A stretch of 64,000 nucleotides of DNA, from assembly GCA_038496445.1 (NCBI GenBank), contig JALMLS010000631.1:1-64000 (forward strand), in the 5' to 3' direction. The position numbers were made by a program, and so were the translations under genes. Within the stretch, counting starts at the first letter, position 1. Each line of letters begins with the position of its first letter. The DNA comes from Trichosphaerium sp. ATCC 40318 (taxonomy: Eukaryota > Protista > Tubulinea). Of the stretch, positions 24,907 through 41,300 are shown piece by piece. Under the pieces are notes generated by a model. The model was not told the origin of the DNA and made no database searches. It saw only the letters and a program-made list of their open reading frames with translations.

Positions 24907-26194
24907 TTAGTTCCTTTTACCTTTTGATACTCTTCGGCGCTTGCTCTTTCTTGTACATTTCGTATCTGATTTCGTACTTGATGGACTAACATCTCCTATT
25001 TTACGCTTGTACCTGATTCTCTTGTTGCCGAACCAGTTCTAAACAAAATCTCAGATGGAGTTATTGTGATTTTTTTCGCGTACGTTAATTTGTTGAGTTG
25101 TCAACTCGCATTTCTTAGCGAGGTCGTTTTTTTGTTCTTCAGTAGGGTATGGCGAACTTAAGTGAGCGAAAAACCACGCTTCGAGGATACCAGTCGCTCT
25201 TTTTGAGAGTGTTTGGCGTTTTCTTTTTGGTTGATTGTATTGCTTCTATTGTTGAACATTAGTATCACGTGAACTTAGCTATTTCCTTACCTGTATCATT
25301 GATACAGTTTTACAAACGAACTCATAAAGAGCTTTTTTGGCATAGTTAAAGCGATGATCGATCGCTTGAATCTTGGCATTAACTTCTTGTTGAGAAACTG
25401 TGCGGAACTGTGACTGTTGAAAAAAAAGTTACAAATAGTTTTTCACGTGGTGAACGAAAAGTTCGTTTATCGTACTTGTTCTCCGAGTATTCCAGTAAGC
25501 CTGTCTATGTACGATGTGCGCACTTGATTTATTTTATCCTGCTCTAGCCGATACCTTGAAAAAGTTTCAAATCAGTTGAAGTTTTTAACACTCTTTTGGC
25601 GAACCTTTCTTTTAGGAGGTTTAGTTTTCTAGCAAACTCATCTCTTTTGGCGTCTCTTGGTCTCTTTTGAAATGCCGCAGGGGTTAAAGCGTGCTTCTTG
25701 AGGAAGTCGTTGAGATCATACGTCTTCAATAGAAAATATCAGCGTGTCAAAAAGGTAGTTACAAAAAAAAAAAAGGATGCCTACCTCAGAGCTGTTTTCG
25801 GCGTTGTTAACTCTGGAGTAGTCAATAGAGAGCACTTGTTGTATAGCCGTATGAAACTGTCGGAGTAGGCCTTCTTGTTTTAATACACTAGTTTTGGCTC
25901 TTTCAAGAGATTCTTTGTTTCGGTAGTCTGTTCACGTGTTAGAGATAGAACCACGAGTAGATACAAAAACGTGGCGTCAGGCCAAAAACAAAACACAAAA
26001 AGAAAAGCAGTTTTTGCTTCTTGATTGAGTAACAACAAAAAAAAATGCTGTGTGCCTCGGAAGTGTACTGCAATTTTGGCGTCTACAGTAGTTGGGTTTG
26101 GTGTCGATTTGGCCCTTTGTTCCCCTGAGCTCGTGGCCAAGGTATCTTGGCTTTGTTTGCTAGCAACTGTATCGTCAACGTTTGGTAGAGTCAT
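24907..26194 (-). CDS. PBX/PBC-class TALE homeodomain protein with PBC-B-like domain
   Basis: Spliced reading: LGEQ|SQFRTVSQQEVNAKIQAIDHRF..CKTVSMIQ|KQYNQPKRKRQTLSKRATGILEAWFFAHLSSPYPTEEQKNDLAKKCELTTQQIN|NWFGNKRIRYKRK. The PYP loop and WFGN signature are typical of PBX. Confidence 0.88.
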
Positions 26195-26476
26195 TCTTGA
26201 GTGGTGTAGCCGTGGTACAATTGAGATTAAAAAAACGTATGGAAATGCCATGACCAGGTCTTGGTGAAATTTCGCACGTGATTTTTCCTGTCCACAAATA
26301 CTGTGATAAATGGACTCACAAGTTGTATGGCAAAGTGATATGGTGTTCGTAACGTTCACAAGCTTCTTTTTTGTTGTAGTAAGCGTAAAACAAGCGCCAA
26401 TTGAAAGCCCTTTTCAAAAATTACGAATTAACTTAGTGCTCTTTAAGTACCGTAACAACAAACAAGCGTGACACAA

Positions 26477-29297
<2,821 letters not shown>

Positions 29298-30104
29298 ACT
29301 CTTTCTTTAAAACGAGGAAGTGGTAGAGTAAAGTTTTATTAGTTACTACTGTTTCTTGAGTTACTGTAGCAACATGACTTTTTTTCAATAAGTTCTGAAG
29401 AAGTCACTTATACTGTAACTTCATAAGCACTCCAAACAGTTGCGTGGTTTACCTCCTTATCTACTTATACTCTACATAGAACGATTTATCTAGTTTACTT
29501 AGAGCCTTACATTCACTACCGGGCGTAGCTATCATTGGATTTCATAGTATACCAATACAAAGATCTTCTTGTACGTTAACGCAAATCAAAGCAGCAAAGA
29601 GGTTTTTGCCGTTACTGTACACGGTTACTTTTTTCAAATAGACCGGAAAATTATTGATGACGCCTATATAAAGCCATTCGCTGCATATTTCGTCATATCA
29701 AATAGGGATTAACTCAAAACCTGAATCACTAATAAATTTACAAATTCATTCACATCTATTACGATGATATTCATGTCTCTCAGTGCGTAACATCGGTAGA
29801 ACAGCGTCCACACGTTCATAATACTCTAATATCACTGTAGAATAAAGTTTGTCAGCCAAAAGGAAAAGACTATTCAATAGTGAAGAACGTTGGTTTTATC
29901 TTCATTTCAACTGTTTTCATTATTGAATAATAACGGATTTATTAGATATTTAACCTGAATACTGGTCACATACACGTTTTTTCTGGTATTTGGACTTTCA
30001 AAACTGTGACGTTTTGTTTTTAGCTTTTAGTCACGTGATTTTGTAATAATATCTCATTTAAGCCACGACTTCTACGAACACAACAGCTCGTGATTCTACC
30101 GATA

Positions 30105-30645
30105 ATGGCAGTTTACTTGTTCTTTAAACACGTAGACCAGGAAGATTTAACGAAAAAACCACATCAATCTTTTTCGATAGATTTCAAAGAGTGGGCTGAA
30201 GGCACTGGTCTTGGATCTAAAACTAGCATTGGAGGACCAGAGAAAAAGGCTACATTTGATTTAGTCACGCTGAAGTGGATTATTTCATACTTAGATGGCA
30301 GTACTTTGGTACATGATAGCATAAGAGATGAACTAGATTTTTGGACCGGCACTGACAACAGAAGGGCTATCATTATTTACGACAAGAATTGCTGCGGTTA
30401 CAACGTCAATAACCCAGCAGTTGTTAATTTTGAAGAGGACGATGGAACTTGTACGTTTGCGCAAAACTACACTAAACACAGTACTGGTTTTTTTTCGCTA
30501 ACCGTTTTTTTGTTTAGCCGTTGTACAGTCAAACTTCATAACATACACAACGTGGCTAGCATGGGGAGGTGAATTTAAGGCTGAGATTATCCCAGTTCTG
30601 GAAACCACTTGCAATCACTTGGGTTGGCAGTACCCACCGTGCTAG
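30105..30645 (+). CDS. Hypothetical protein (~2 exons)
   Basis: Open frame MAVYLFFKHVDQED..., one GT-AG intron at ~30452-30518 and a downstream AATAAA-like signal. Confidence 0.55.
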
Positions 30646-30943
30646 AAAAGTAAAAACAAAATTTTATAACTTACAAGTGTACACCATTAGATAAAGGGTT
30701 TTTTTTATTTCTGGGGCTTTATATTCGTGCGAACGCACGTGTAATCATCTTTATATGATTTGATTTAAAAAAAATAACATTTGGGATAAATACGAAAATC
30801 ATAAAATAACACGTGACGTTGTTTTTTGTTTGGGAATGTGCATGATGACTTTTTGAGGTTTGTTTTTAGGCAACAGTGATTCGTAAATAGCTTCGTTTCC
30901 CGTTTTGGTTTCTTAGTTGTGGGAAAATTACTATTGGGTCATA

Positions 30944-31196
30944 AGAGATGTTTAGATACAATATCTAGATAATCTAGATAATTTCGCCAAAACTAGATAA
31001 TTCACAAGTATCTAGATATTTTAACACGTGTTTTCAAAAGCCACTTCCTATGGTACAACGTGGTATTTGAAACCATATGAAGGTGCCTTATTTTCGAATA
31101 TCTAGATAATTTTTAGTATCCAGATAATCTATATATTTTTCGCAAGACTAGATATTTCACAAATATCTAGATAATGTAAAATATCTAAACATCTCT
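30944..31196. mobile_element. MITE (253 bp) with 15-bp TIR and 3-bp ATA TSD
   Basis: agagatgtttagata / tatctaaacatctct, flanked ata|...|ata, with internal TATCTAGATA palindromic repeats. Confidence 0.8.
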
Positions 31197-31640
31197 ATAA
31201 ATGACGCTATTAGGCGTTACTTTATCCACGCTACAATCTTATTACAAACAAAACTAAGAACAAAGTTCTACTTAATCAAAAAACAAACGTGTTCAGAAAA
31301 TAACCGTATCGAAGTAGAAAAAGACTTACTCTGTTTGTCTTAGTTGTGAACAGTACCGATTATAGAGATTAAGGGGGTTTGGCGCAAGTACATGAAAATT
31401 ATAGTTACCAACAAATGACTTGTAAACGTATGTTGAAGAAATGTGAGAAAACGTTGCCGCATTGTAGCTACCTTTACAAAAAAAAAACTATCTGATTTAT
31501 TCGTGGAGTTTGATCACCAAAATAACAAACCACATAAAAATGGAGAGTATTGCAATCCTATCTTAATCTTCCCTAACACATACAGTTAATAAATACAAAA
31601 AAAAGAGAAGGAAAATCCTTACTAAAAACCAAAAACAACT

Positions 31641-34600
31641 TCACATAAAAAAATCGTACAGTGGTACATTTTCGTCCTCATTAAGTGGCACAATATCGTA
31701 TTCCTCAAAATCTATCTCTGTATCATCTCCACCAATACCGACTGTATTTTTCATAAAGTTTCTAAACCTTCAAAAGAAATAAGTCACGTGCTCTATAGCC
31801 GCATAAAAAATGTTGATTTTATAAAGTAGATGCTTTTCATACCTTTCGCTCATTTTGTATGCCACAGCTACAGCAACAATTATTGCAATGAGAATAACAG
31901 CGATGAATGATGTAGTGAAAATAAATATTTGACGCCCAGAGTAGACAGCAGTTGGCACAATTTGACTTGAAGGCTCTAGTGTTGCAGTAGGACTAACAGT
32001 AGTACTAACAGCAGGACTACTAAATGCCACAGGTTGGACTGTGGTAGGCGGGACGCCTCCAGAGGTAGGAGTTCCTGTCTGAGCACAACTGAGAAGAATT
32101 TCACAATTGAAAGACTCCGGACACTGGTTTTGAAAAGTATCCATGGTGTTTATATACATCTGGATACAAATAGTTAGCTGAATGGGTTTCTTCCGAGGAT
32201 TATACCTGTATAGCGGCTACATTGCTTGGTTTAAAGCATGACGGTGGTAAACAAAAATGAGTGCGAACATAAGCCGTTATTGGTAGGAGCACATTTGTAG
32301 ACTGGACGTGAGCGAAAGCCTAAAATACAAAAGATATTTTGATGAGAAAGAGAAGCAAGAATTGGCGTTCATACGTTACAATAATGACCATTTGCAGATT
32401 CACAGGCGCTTTCGAAACGTTTTTTGTTGTCAGTGCACGATAGTGAGACGTTAGTCTTCCCTGCAACTATAGAGATGACATTGTGTAAGTATGCAATGTT
32501 TCTTACTGAAACAACAACTTACGTGCTTGTGTAATAATCTCTTGTCGTTGTGAGGTTACACAAGTTGTTAACTCTTCTCCATATGTCTTATAGAACGAGT
32601 TATATTGGGTGTTCCAAAGAAAGGAAGGTCTAAACGTACCTGTATTTCATGTTTTAATCCAGCATTATCAATCATTGCACGCAGATTAGTTCCTACAAAG
32701 ATATGTGTGAGTACTTCTATTGTAAAAAAGGATGGCTTACCACAAGGTTCTGTCACGTGAGGAAAGTTAGGATTGGCCGTAGTTGGAGAAACGGGAGAAT
32801 TAGAAGAAGCTATAAATACTTAGTATGAGAATTAATTAAGTTGATTGTACGTGTGAGAATAAAGAACACGCTCACATATGCAGGTGTTGCAGTAGCTGGT
32901 GGCACAGTTAACGTCTTTTCAACAGGTAGATAACCTACACAATTAAATTATACTTAAATAACAAGTTCTATTAAGTACCTTGTGCATCTGCTCTGAGAGT
33001 ATATTCTCCAGGTAGTAGTACCCGAAAGAACTCGCCACTAACTTAAATATTTGTAGTTAAGTATTGTAATGGAATGATTTTTACAAACCTGATGTTTTAG
33101 TTATGTGTGTATTTCCAATTAGTGTCAGAGCAACGTCTTTCATGAATGTCCCATCAGCAGTTCTAACTGTACCTCTGACGCCTCTATAAGCCTACGTAGG
33201 AATATTATTGTGAGCATTGATTTAAAACAAGTGGCATGAGCAGTATACTTACTGTCTCAATGAAATTCAACAGTGACTCCTCATTATCATCGCTAAAAAT
33301 ATAAGTGATGTAGTTGGTCAAATCACCACGTACAGCAGCTGAGGTGGCGTTTGATTACTATCAGTTAACCCTATACTGATGTCCATACAGTCACTCTTGC
33401 GGTACATCCACTAACATTAATGTAAACAAAAATGAGAGTAATGCAAACAGGTACGTCTGAGAAACTATCCGTGACTGGTGCCCAGTTTGCCCCATTTTCC
33501 GTAGTTTTATGTCCCAGAATTTGTTCCGTCATTTTAGGATTCCGTGTGGCATACTCATTGGATATGTATCTGATGTACAATTGTTTGAGTGGAGGTAGTT
33601 AAAGTGCAACTGTACTCACTTGAACATGCTGTCATCAGGAGCTTCATTGTATCTATGATCACCATCTGAACATGTTGGACAATCCATGTATGGATATAAG
33701 ATAATATCACCACTTTTAAAACTTGCAGATAACACATAGTTATGAGTATTCACCTCAAGAAAATGTTACTTCACAAAAAACTTCAAAATCAATTTTTGGG
33801 AGTACCAAGTCAATAATGTGTTGTGTCTCTACTTCACTATTTTGTGACACAAAATTACTTTCCAAGTTCACACCATTTGCATTTCCACTAGTTCCTAAAT
33901 CGAAGCCTTGCTTGACGTAAGCATATCTGACAATACTTTAAGACAGGTTAGTACCATCAGGATTAACAGCTGGAATGATATGAATGTGAGCAGCTCTTAG
34001 AATATCACGGACTCTCTCATCGTCGTCGTAGTCAGCACGTGATACCAAACGCTTAGCGAACTCTACAAGCATTTCTCGGCCCAAATTATCAGTGCCTTAA
34101 AGTACGATTAATTTAATGATTTTTTTGGTTGCTTATCACGTGTACCGTTCAAGTTTGCGACAAATAGAACATAAGGTTTTTGTTTTTTGTCTACTGGATC
34201 ATCAGGTTCAGTGCCTGTTATCTCTATACACCATATATCATTACCATTAACACTCTTACCTGTTATGTGCGTTAGAAAGGGAACAAGGAGTAAGGTAAAC
34301 ATGCCTATGGATTCCAATTTGGTTTGGGATGGGTATCTAGCATTCAATTCAACCAAAGCGGTGTGTATTTCCTCGTTCGTGCGTTGACTATCCTGTTGAG
34401 TGTCAAAAGTTGACTACAAAAGTAGACACTTACTTGATGACGTTTTACAGTTTCCACCTTCCACTTACGCCTCAATGAACGTACAGCGCGTTGTGATGCT
34501 AGTACGTGCACGTATGCTTTGTTCTTATTTAATATTGTAAACGAACGCTTGTTTTGATCAAAAAGTAAGCTCCGATCGTGTTTGGGTGCGTATATTCTGT

Positions 34601-34685
34601 ATTCCCCCAACGGTTGTGTTTTGTAGTGTGAAGTGGAAGCTGAAGCCACAATGGCTGTTATAACCAGCAACAGAAGCGTACGCAT
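31641..34685 (-). CDS. M14 carboxypeptidase D/N-like type I membrane protein, apparently catalytically inactive
   Basis: Signal peptide, SIG|KSVNGNDIW, IHIIPAVNPDG, GEFFRVLLPGEYTL (transthyretin-like domain), S/T stalk, TM helix and acidic tail. Zinc ligands are replaced. Confidence 0.8.
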
Positions 34686-34769
34686 TCACCAAAAATCCCC
34701 TCAAATGTTTGTTTGGGTTTTAAGTCGCCGGTGAACTGCTTCTTAGAGTGTCATTTTTTTACGTTAGCA

Positions 34770-35646
34770 ATGAAGAGCGCGTTGTTGTGTCTGTTGTCAC
34801 TTGTGTTTATCACTGCTGCAGCGATTGTAAATGGACCTGGTACATCAGCGCACGCAACGCTCGTTAAATATTACAGGAACGCCCTACCAGTATCAGATGC
34901 CGCTGCTGAATACAGTTTAACAATGGAACTCAAAAATAGTGGTTTTCATCGCGAACTGCACCTTGAGAGCACTCGCCAATACAAGGAGGGGTGTTTTGTG
35001 CATGTTATTACAGTTTTACCTTCTGCTTTCTTCCTTGATGAAGCAGAAGGAGTATTTGGTGATCCCAACCCAGAGGTACATAATGTGGTGCGTATATAGT
35101 TATAAATTTAAACCTAGACAACAGCTGACAAGGCGGTACTACCAAATATCATCGTACGCACGCTCGCTACAACGTATGTCACCTTTAGGGACCAAAATAA
35201 CACCGAATTTTTTTTGACACATTGCAATCAGTGACACGTACTAAAATTTTGTAAGAGGCTCAGCACAATCTGTGGTGGTGCCAATACACTTTCGCTATTT
35301 TCCTCCTGGAAGTAACAGCAACACTACTATTTCATCACCAATAGTGATAGAGTCGTGCAAAGATTATGACACTCGTACGTTCGAAGTCCAAAACCTTGAA
35401 TTATGTTCTAAAAAAAAAAAAGGTGATATTGACATGTCGTTCGTTGTGCACCCACAAGCCAGAAAAACTTTACAAATACTGTCCTCACAAGCTAAACTAC
35501 TATTCCCAATTAATGACGAAGCTATAACAAAAGTGGTAGCATCAGTGCCAACAGGCGACACTAGTTCTACACTTATCATTAGCGTACTTACGCATGTGAT
35601 AACCATTACTGGAGCTGTTTATTTATTTTTTAAGATTGTTTCTTGA
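34770..35646 (+). CDS. PIGX: PIG-X/Pbn1-like GPI mannosyltransferase I subunit
   Basis: Signal peptide, GFHREL, LPSAFFLD, VPIHFRY, VPTG and a C-terminal TM helix. Confidence 0.75.
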
Positions 35647-35822
35647 ATGCTTATTTCCAGCACGACACAATGTACAAAGTGAATGCTTAATATGTAAATA
35701 AAACACTGTAAAGACAACACCACACAGATAAAAATAAGCAAAAAGCGCACTCACGAAGCACTGCCAAATTAGTTTTTTTTGCATTACTTTGCAATCGTTA
35801 GCGGTAGTGCGCTCTTTACAAG

Positions 35823-38016
35823 ATGTCTCGATCACCTTTTGACTGTTTTGGTCATACTTAATAACAACAGTCTTCACCGTTCAGCAATACATAATTTTAC
35901 TTCGTACCTATGCAAAGGGACGAAGACCAGGACGGCGGTGAAGACGAATACGTTGAACTTGATTCAACAACGTTTGCGTACTTGCAACGATATTTCTTGC
36001 ACTTGCGGCGTAGATTTATATCTGGTAATGGAGATGAGGACTCAGGGCAAGCAGAATACCTTTTTCTGGTTACGTCTCTTATTTTTACACAGAGACGACT
36101 CAGACGATGACTTTATGGATGAGGAACCTATCACAGCGAACCTAGAGGTAAGGTTGAGTTTACCTCACCAAAATAACAGTACAATTAAGGATCACGCTTT
36201 ACACCTTGATACGCTCAGTAGAACAGGCAGTTCACCCTTTAGCAGTACGTATTCGTTACTAAATCACACTAGTAACATTTGGTAGCCAAACCAAACGAGA
36301 GTGTATTTAGCATGATACGCAAGGTAAGCGCTTCCACTAAATTCTCCCCCAACACGAAATGGATTTTTCGTTAAATAATTTATCCGCTAACTTCTCCAGC
36401 GTGAACTTGGTCCAACCCTACGTACGCCAGGGGCAATACAAAGCTGTCCTTTTGGCCCTAAAGCAAAAAGCCACATCGGTCAGGTACGCTTGTTCTCACC
36501 AACCCATTTTTAGTTCCTTTCAACGGAATTTGACTTATTACTTGCTTAGCGCTTTGTACCTACAACGCCTGGGCTTGTAGCAAGGCACAATGACCAAGTG
36601 TTTTGTGGTATGTTCAGTAGAGATGGATCCATGTACATGTCCGCTTGCCAAGGTATTACACTTGAATTCGAAAAAAGTTTTGTTGACATGTTCCAGATCG
36701 GTCTATTCGTACCTACGAAACGTACAAGTGGCAAGTACAAAAGACTATTGTAGCTCGTGATGTTGGCTGGTCTATCATTAGTGTAGATTACAGTCCAGAC
36801 AAGGATTGGCTCATCTATAGTTCATGGTCTGATTACGTTCATATTTGTAATACACAAGGAGAGCACGAAGTACATGAAGCACTCGACTTTAAGTGCGTGG
36901 TTTTTTTCTCGAAGGTGTAAGATTGTTCATGTTTTGTATAGACCTCAAGCTCATCGTTTTTGCTTGTTTTCTATCCAGTTTTCTCCAGATAATAGTGAGA
37001 TTCTTGGTGGTAGTAATGACAAATGTTTATACATGTATGATATTGTAAAGAAGCAACGTGTGCTCGCGGTACGATTTTTTTTTGTGGAGGTAGTTTTGCT
37101 GATGCTTTTTTTTTGATTTAGGTTAGAGGACACATGGACGATATTAATGCAGTTTGTTATGCTGATAAATCATCACAAATCTTCTTTTCGGGATCCGATG
37201 ATGCATTAGTTAAAGTTTGGGATACTAGAGCAATGGGCTCTGGAACATGCGCTGGTGTACTTGCTGGACACAATGAAGGTGTCACATTTATTGATTCGAA
37301 GGTACTTAAGCCTAAACTCGATATTGAGTGGGAATTAATGCACGTAATGTAGGGTGATGGTAGATACTTGATTTCTAATGGTAAAGATCAAAAAATAAAG
37401 TTATGGGATTTAAGAAAGATGAAAGCACAACAAGAGATACCTGTGAGACCACGTCGTCAGGTTAGCCTTAAAAGAAGCAAAATTAAACTTACTAAAAAAT
37501 TATTAGCGCATGTGGGGTCAACCGCAACAACCACATCCAGAGCAGCCTGACGAATCTGTTATGTCTTATAGAGGCCATAAGGTGTTCCAAACACTCATTC
37601 GTTGTCGTTTCTCTCCAGCTCATTCGACTGGACAACGTTACATTTACACTGGCTCATTTGATGGTTCAGTCTACAGTAAGTTCACAGAGAACTGAGCTAT
37701 TATTTTTAAGTTTCAGAACTAATTGTGTTACTAGTTTATGATGTTCTGACTGGTAAACTTGTGAATAAGCTGAATGGACATCAACATACCGTACGTGATG
37801 TGCACTGGCATCCATACGATCCATTGATAGTATCAACTTCTGTACGTCTTATTTACATTCTAAAAACTTTTCATAAACTAACTCATTTGTTTCTAAAAGT
37901 GGGATGGTTCTGTGAAAAAGTGGTCTTACTACCCAGCAGAGCTTGGTATCAAAGTAGAAGAACCACCTCCAGAGAGGAGAAGTGCTCGAAGCTTGTACTT
38001 CGATGACTATGAGTGA
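35823..38016 (+). CDS. DCAF11: DDB1-CUL4-associated WD40 protein DCAF11/WDR23/LEC14B
   Basis: ARDVGWSIISVDYSPD, ISNGKDQKIKLWDLRKM, YRGHKVFQTLIRCRFSPAHSTGQRYIYTGS. Confidence 0.9.
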
Positions 38017-38305
38017 GACCTGTTGTACAGTTACCCTAGTCGTGTATTATTAAAAAGTTGCATATTCAAGATTCATAAATACTCAGCTGTTTGTTCTTAT
38101 TTTCGTAAAGCGAACGATCCTGATGATTGCCTGTCAGCTCAGAGATCAAAGAAAGTTGACAAACTTTGAAAAAAAGCTAAGTTGAGAATAAGTTGGTTTT
38201 CTCCTTTTTTGCCGGCTATTTCGTCATAACGACTTAATATAGCTGTCAGTTAGAATTCTACATGCTTGAGTGGCACGACAGGTGTAGTAACTAATACGAT
38301 TTATA

Positions 38306-41300
38306 ATGGAGTTTAAATTAGCGACAAAGATTGCATCAAAGCGCAGAAGCTATAACCCGTACTTCTATTAAATGGTTAGACGTTGCTCTGAGAAATTTAT
38401 AGCGCGGATGTTTTGGAAGGATACTCTACAGACGTTTTTGAAGTGGCGGAGGAACCAGCATACACACAAAAGGACCTACCGAAGCATGTGCTTCATGTCC
38501 CGCATTTAAAAGAAGTTATTGAACCCATAATGGCAGCTTTAACGCCTGAGGATGTACGTAGCGTCAATGTTTCTTTCATGAACGTGTAGTGTAACGCTTA
38601 ACTTTGAACAGGCGAAAGAATTATTTAAAGCGACGCTATCCGCCTGCTTTTGTCCAGTAATGTACTCTAGAGATCATTTAGACAAGCTAGTGTCAAACAA
38701 CTGCCAAACTATTCAAACATTGTTTCAAACGGTTGTCTCTACGGAGATTGCTACTAAGCAAATTCAAATCGTAGCAGACTCTGCTCATGTACTAATTATT
38801 CTTATATTTCCTCAACATTTTGACATCTTTCTAGGACGTGTCAGCCGAGCTACAACGACAATTGCGAACCGGTACACAAAAATGTTTTGTGATTATTTCT
38901 TTACCACGAGCTGCAGAACCCTTCATTTTCTGACATAGTTGCGGTTTTTTAGTTGGTTCTCATGCGTTATACAACAAATACGCTTTTAAGAACGCTACAC
39001 AGTATGACGCGTGGTGTGTCGCAAAGAAGAATGAGCTCAAGAACCATATTGCAGCAATACAGGGTGTAAGAAAAAATTACTTTTAAATTATCTCTAAGCT
39101 GTTTAGATACCATCATTTGTGGGCATCGCTACTGTAACTGGTATGGTTCATACACTGATGAAATGTTTATTCTAACACTTAAAAGTTGTACGAGCTGAAG
39201 GGTTGCATGCGAAAGATTTATGCACGTCAAGTAACAGTTACAACTAAATCTCAATGTTTTGTTTTAAATAGTCAGCAAATCCCCGAAGATTTTTTGTGTT
39301 GTTAAAGTTGGTCAAACGACAGAACAAACAGCTTCGCACAGTGATGATACACCATCGTGGGATGAAGAATTCACATTGTACGAAGCTGACAAGTGCCAAT
39401 AGTTCTATTAACTCTTGAACCAGTACAACAAATGAAAGGAGTTCAGTACTTGAGATTGAAGCACGTGCAGGTAGACTTATGGGATCAAGCTTCTTAGGAC
39501 ATGCTACATTCGATTTAGAATCTCTTATGTTTGCGTGAGTCACCTTTTAAAATCCTCACGTGATCATTTTTAAATTCATTTAAATTCTAGTGATGCACCA
39601 GAAGAAGGTGTTTGGTTGGATTTAACTACAAGGAGCGGTGAGGAAACACTTGCTAAGGTTCTTGTCAAAATTGGATTTACATTCAGATTGGTACGTTCTA
39701 GATTGTTTTTAGGAAACCTGTTAATTTTTGTCAAAGGGTTCTTCGACTGTTACTAGTAGTGTTAAATCATCTTTTGATCCTGAGAAAGCTTACAAGTACG
39801 TTGAAGATATGTTGTACGTTTTATATTTTAAAGTACATGTTAGGTATTTGCTATGCTTGTCTTTATTGACTAAAACGAGTGATGCCAGTATTCAATCAGA
39901 AATTAGATGGCTAATGGATAATTATTGTGCTAGATATGGCATTGAACCTGTCAGTGGCCAGATACAGTACGTTAAAACCCATGCCTATTCCTCTACAGAA
40001 ACGCTTATTGTTATACTTAGAACCCTAGAAATACTCTCTGGAGCTGTGAAGCCTAAAGTAAAGCACTTGACTAAAATACATGCAACACTGGCACGTGATA
40101 TAATTACAATGAAAAATTAACCATAGTTAAGGCTGAGATATCCGCTATGATAAATACAGGAGCAATACTAACAATTTCGGAGGTGGTTCCTACCACGCTA
40201 TTCTTTCTCATTTGCTATTAGGCCGAAACTCTTGAAACAATTCAAGAGAATATATCCGCAAGTGTTTCGACACTGCTGGAATATTATTATCAAGTCTTCC
40301 CTGGAAACAAGCCCGAAGGAGCATTGCTTGTGCTTACGCTTATATATGCATTGTTAAACGAAGAGCATGATCCTAGCAAACGGAATGAGGCTTTATGTAT
40401 TAAGTTATCGACAGAAGTGGAGGTACAAGAGCATTGTGTTGTTTAAACTGACAACACGGTTTTGTAGAGTGCAAGAGAGCAGATCTATTACACGTTTATT
40501 GGAGATTCTCCAACGGAAGAAACACTCTATCGTGCATGCAATATGATTGCATATTTGATAAAGGTATTGCTACTATTGCATCCTAAATTTTGTTTTGACG
40601 TGTTTGTACAAAGGAGGATGAGAAGTTCTGTGAAGTATTTCCTAGGTATGTATTATTGTGTGTTGTACTTAGTAATTATGTTGATTTTGCTTAGTGATAT
40701 GGAGTTTATGCTTAGCTCTGTTCGAACTTTTTATAATGATTTGTTGATGCAAAACGTAACAGATTTTTATATGAGTTTATCAGCTAGAGCTATTGGCGAT
40801 TATACTATGCCATTATATTTCCAACTACGGAAACTTCGTAAGATTTGCACAACATTTGTAAAAGAGTACGGACCTTAGTTAGTTGTGATTCGTTGTTTCG
40901 AACTCTTACAATGTTGGTAGCTTCGCACCTGTAGAGTTTTATCCATGTTTCCAATCCAGTACATCTAGGTGGCTTCATAAAGTAGAAGATACATACACTA
41001 AATGGCAACACCGTGTTGCTTCTCGGGATAAAGTGCGTTCTATCATTGAAATACTGTAGCTGATGAAAATATTAGTACAAGCGTAGTGCTAGCATTGGGT
41101 TATCATCATTGTACGTCTAAACTTGTATCAGTTGTGTATTGACCTTAGGCTTAGGTATTCTCAACCAGCATATGATTTGTTTACACTAATATACTCCTCT
41201 TATTGTATCTTTAAAAAGTTCGAGTTGCGCACAGATACAGATATGGATAAATTCTTCAAGGTAACCTATTTTTTATGAACCTTTTTTGTTTATACTTTTT

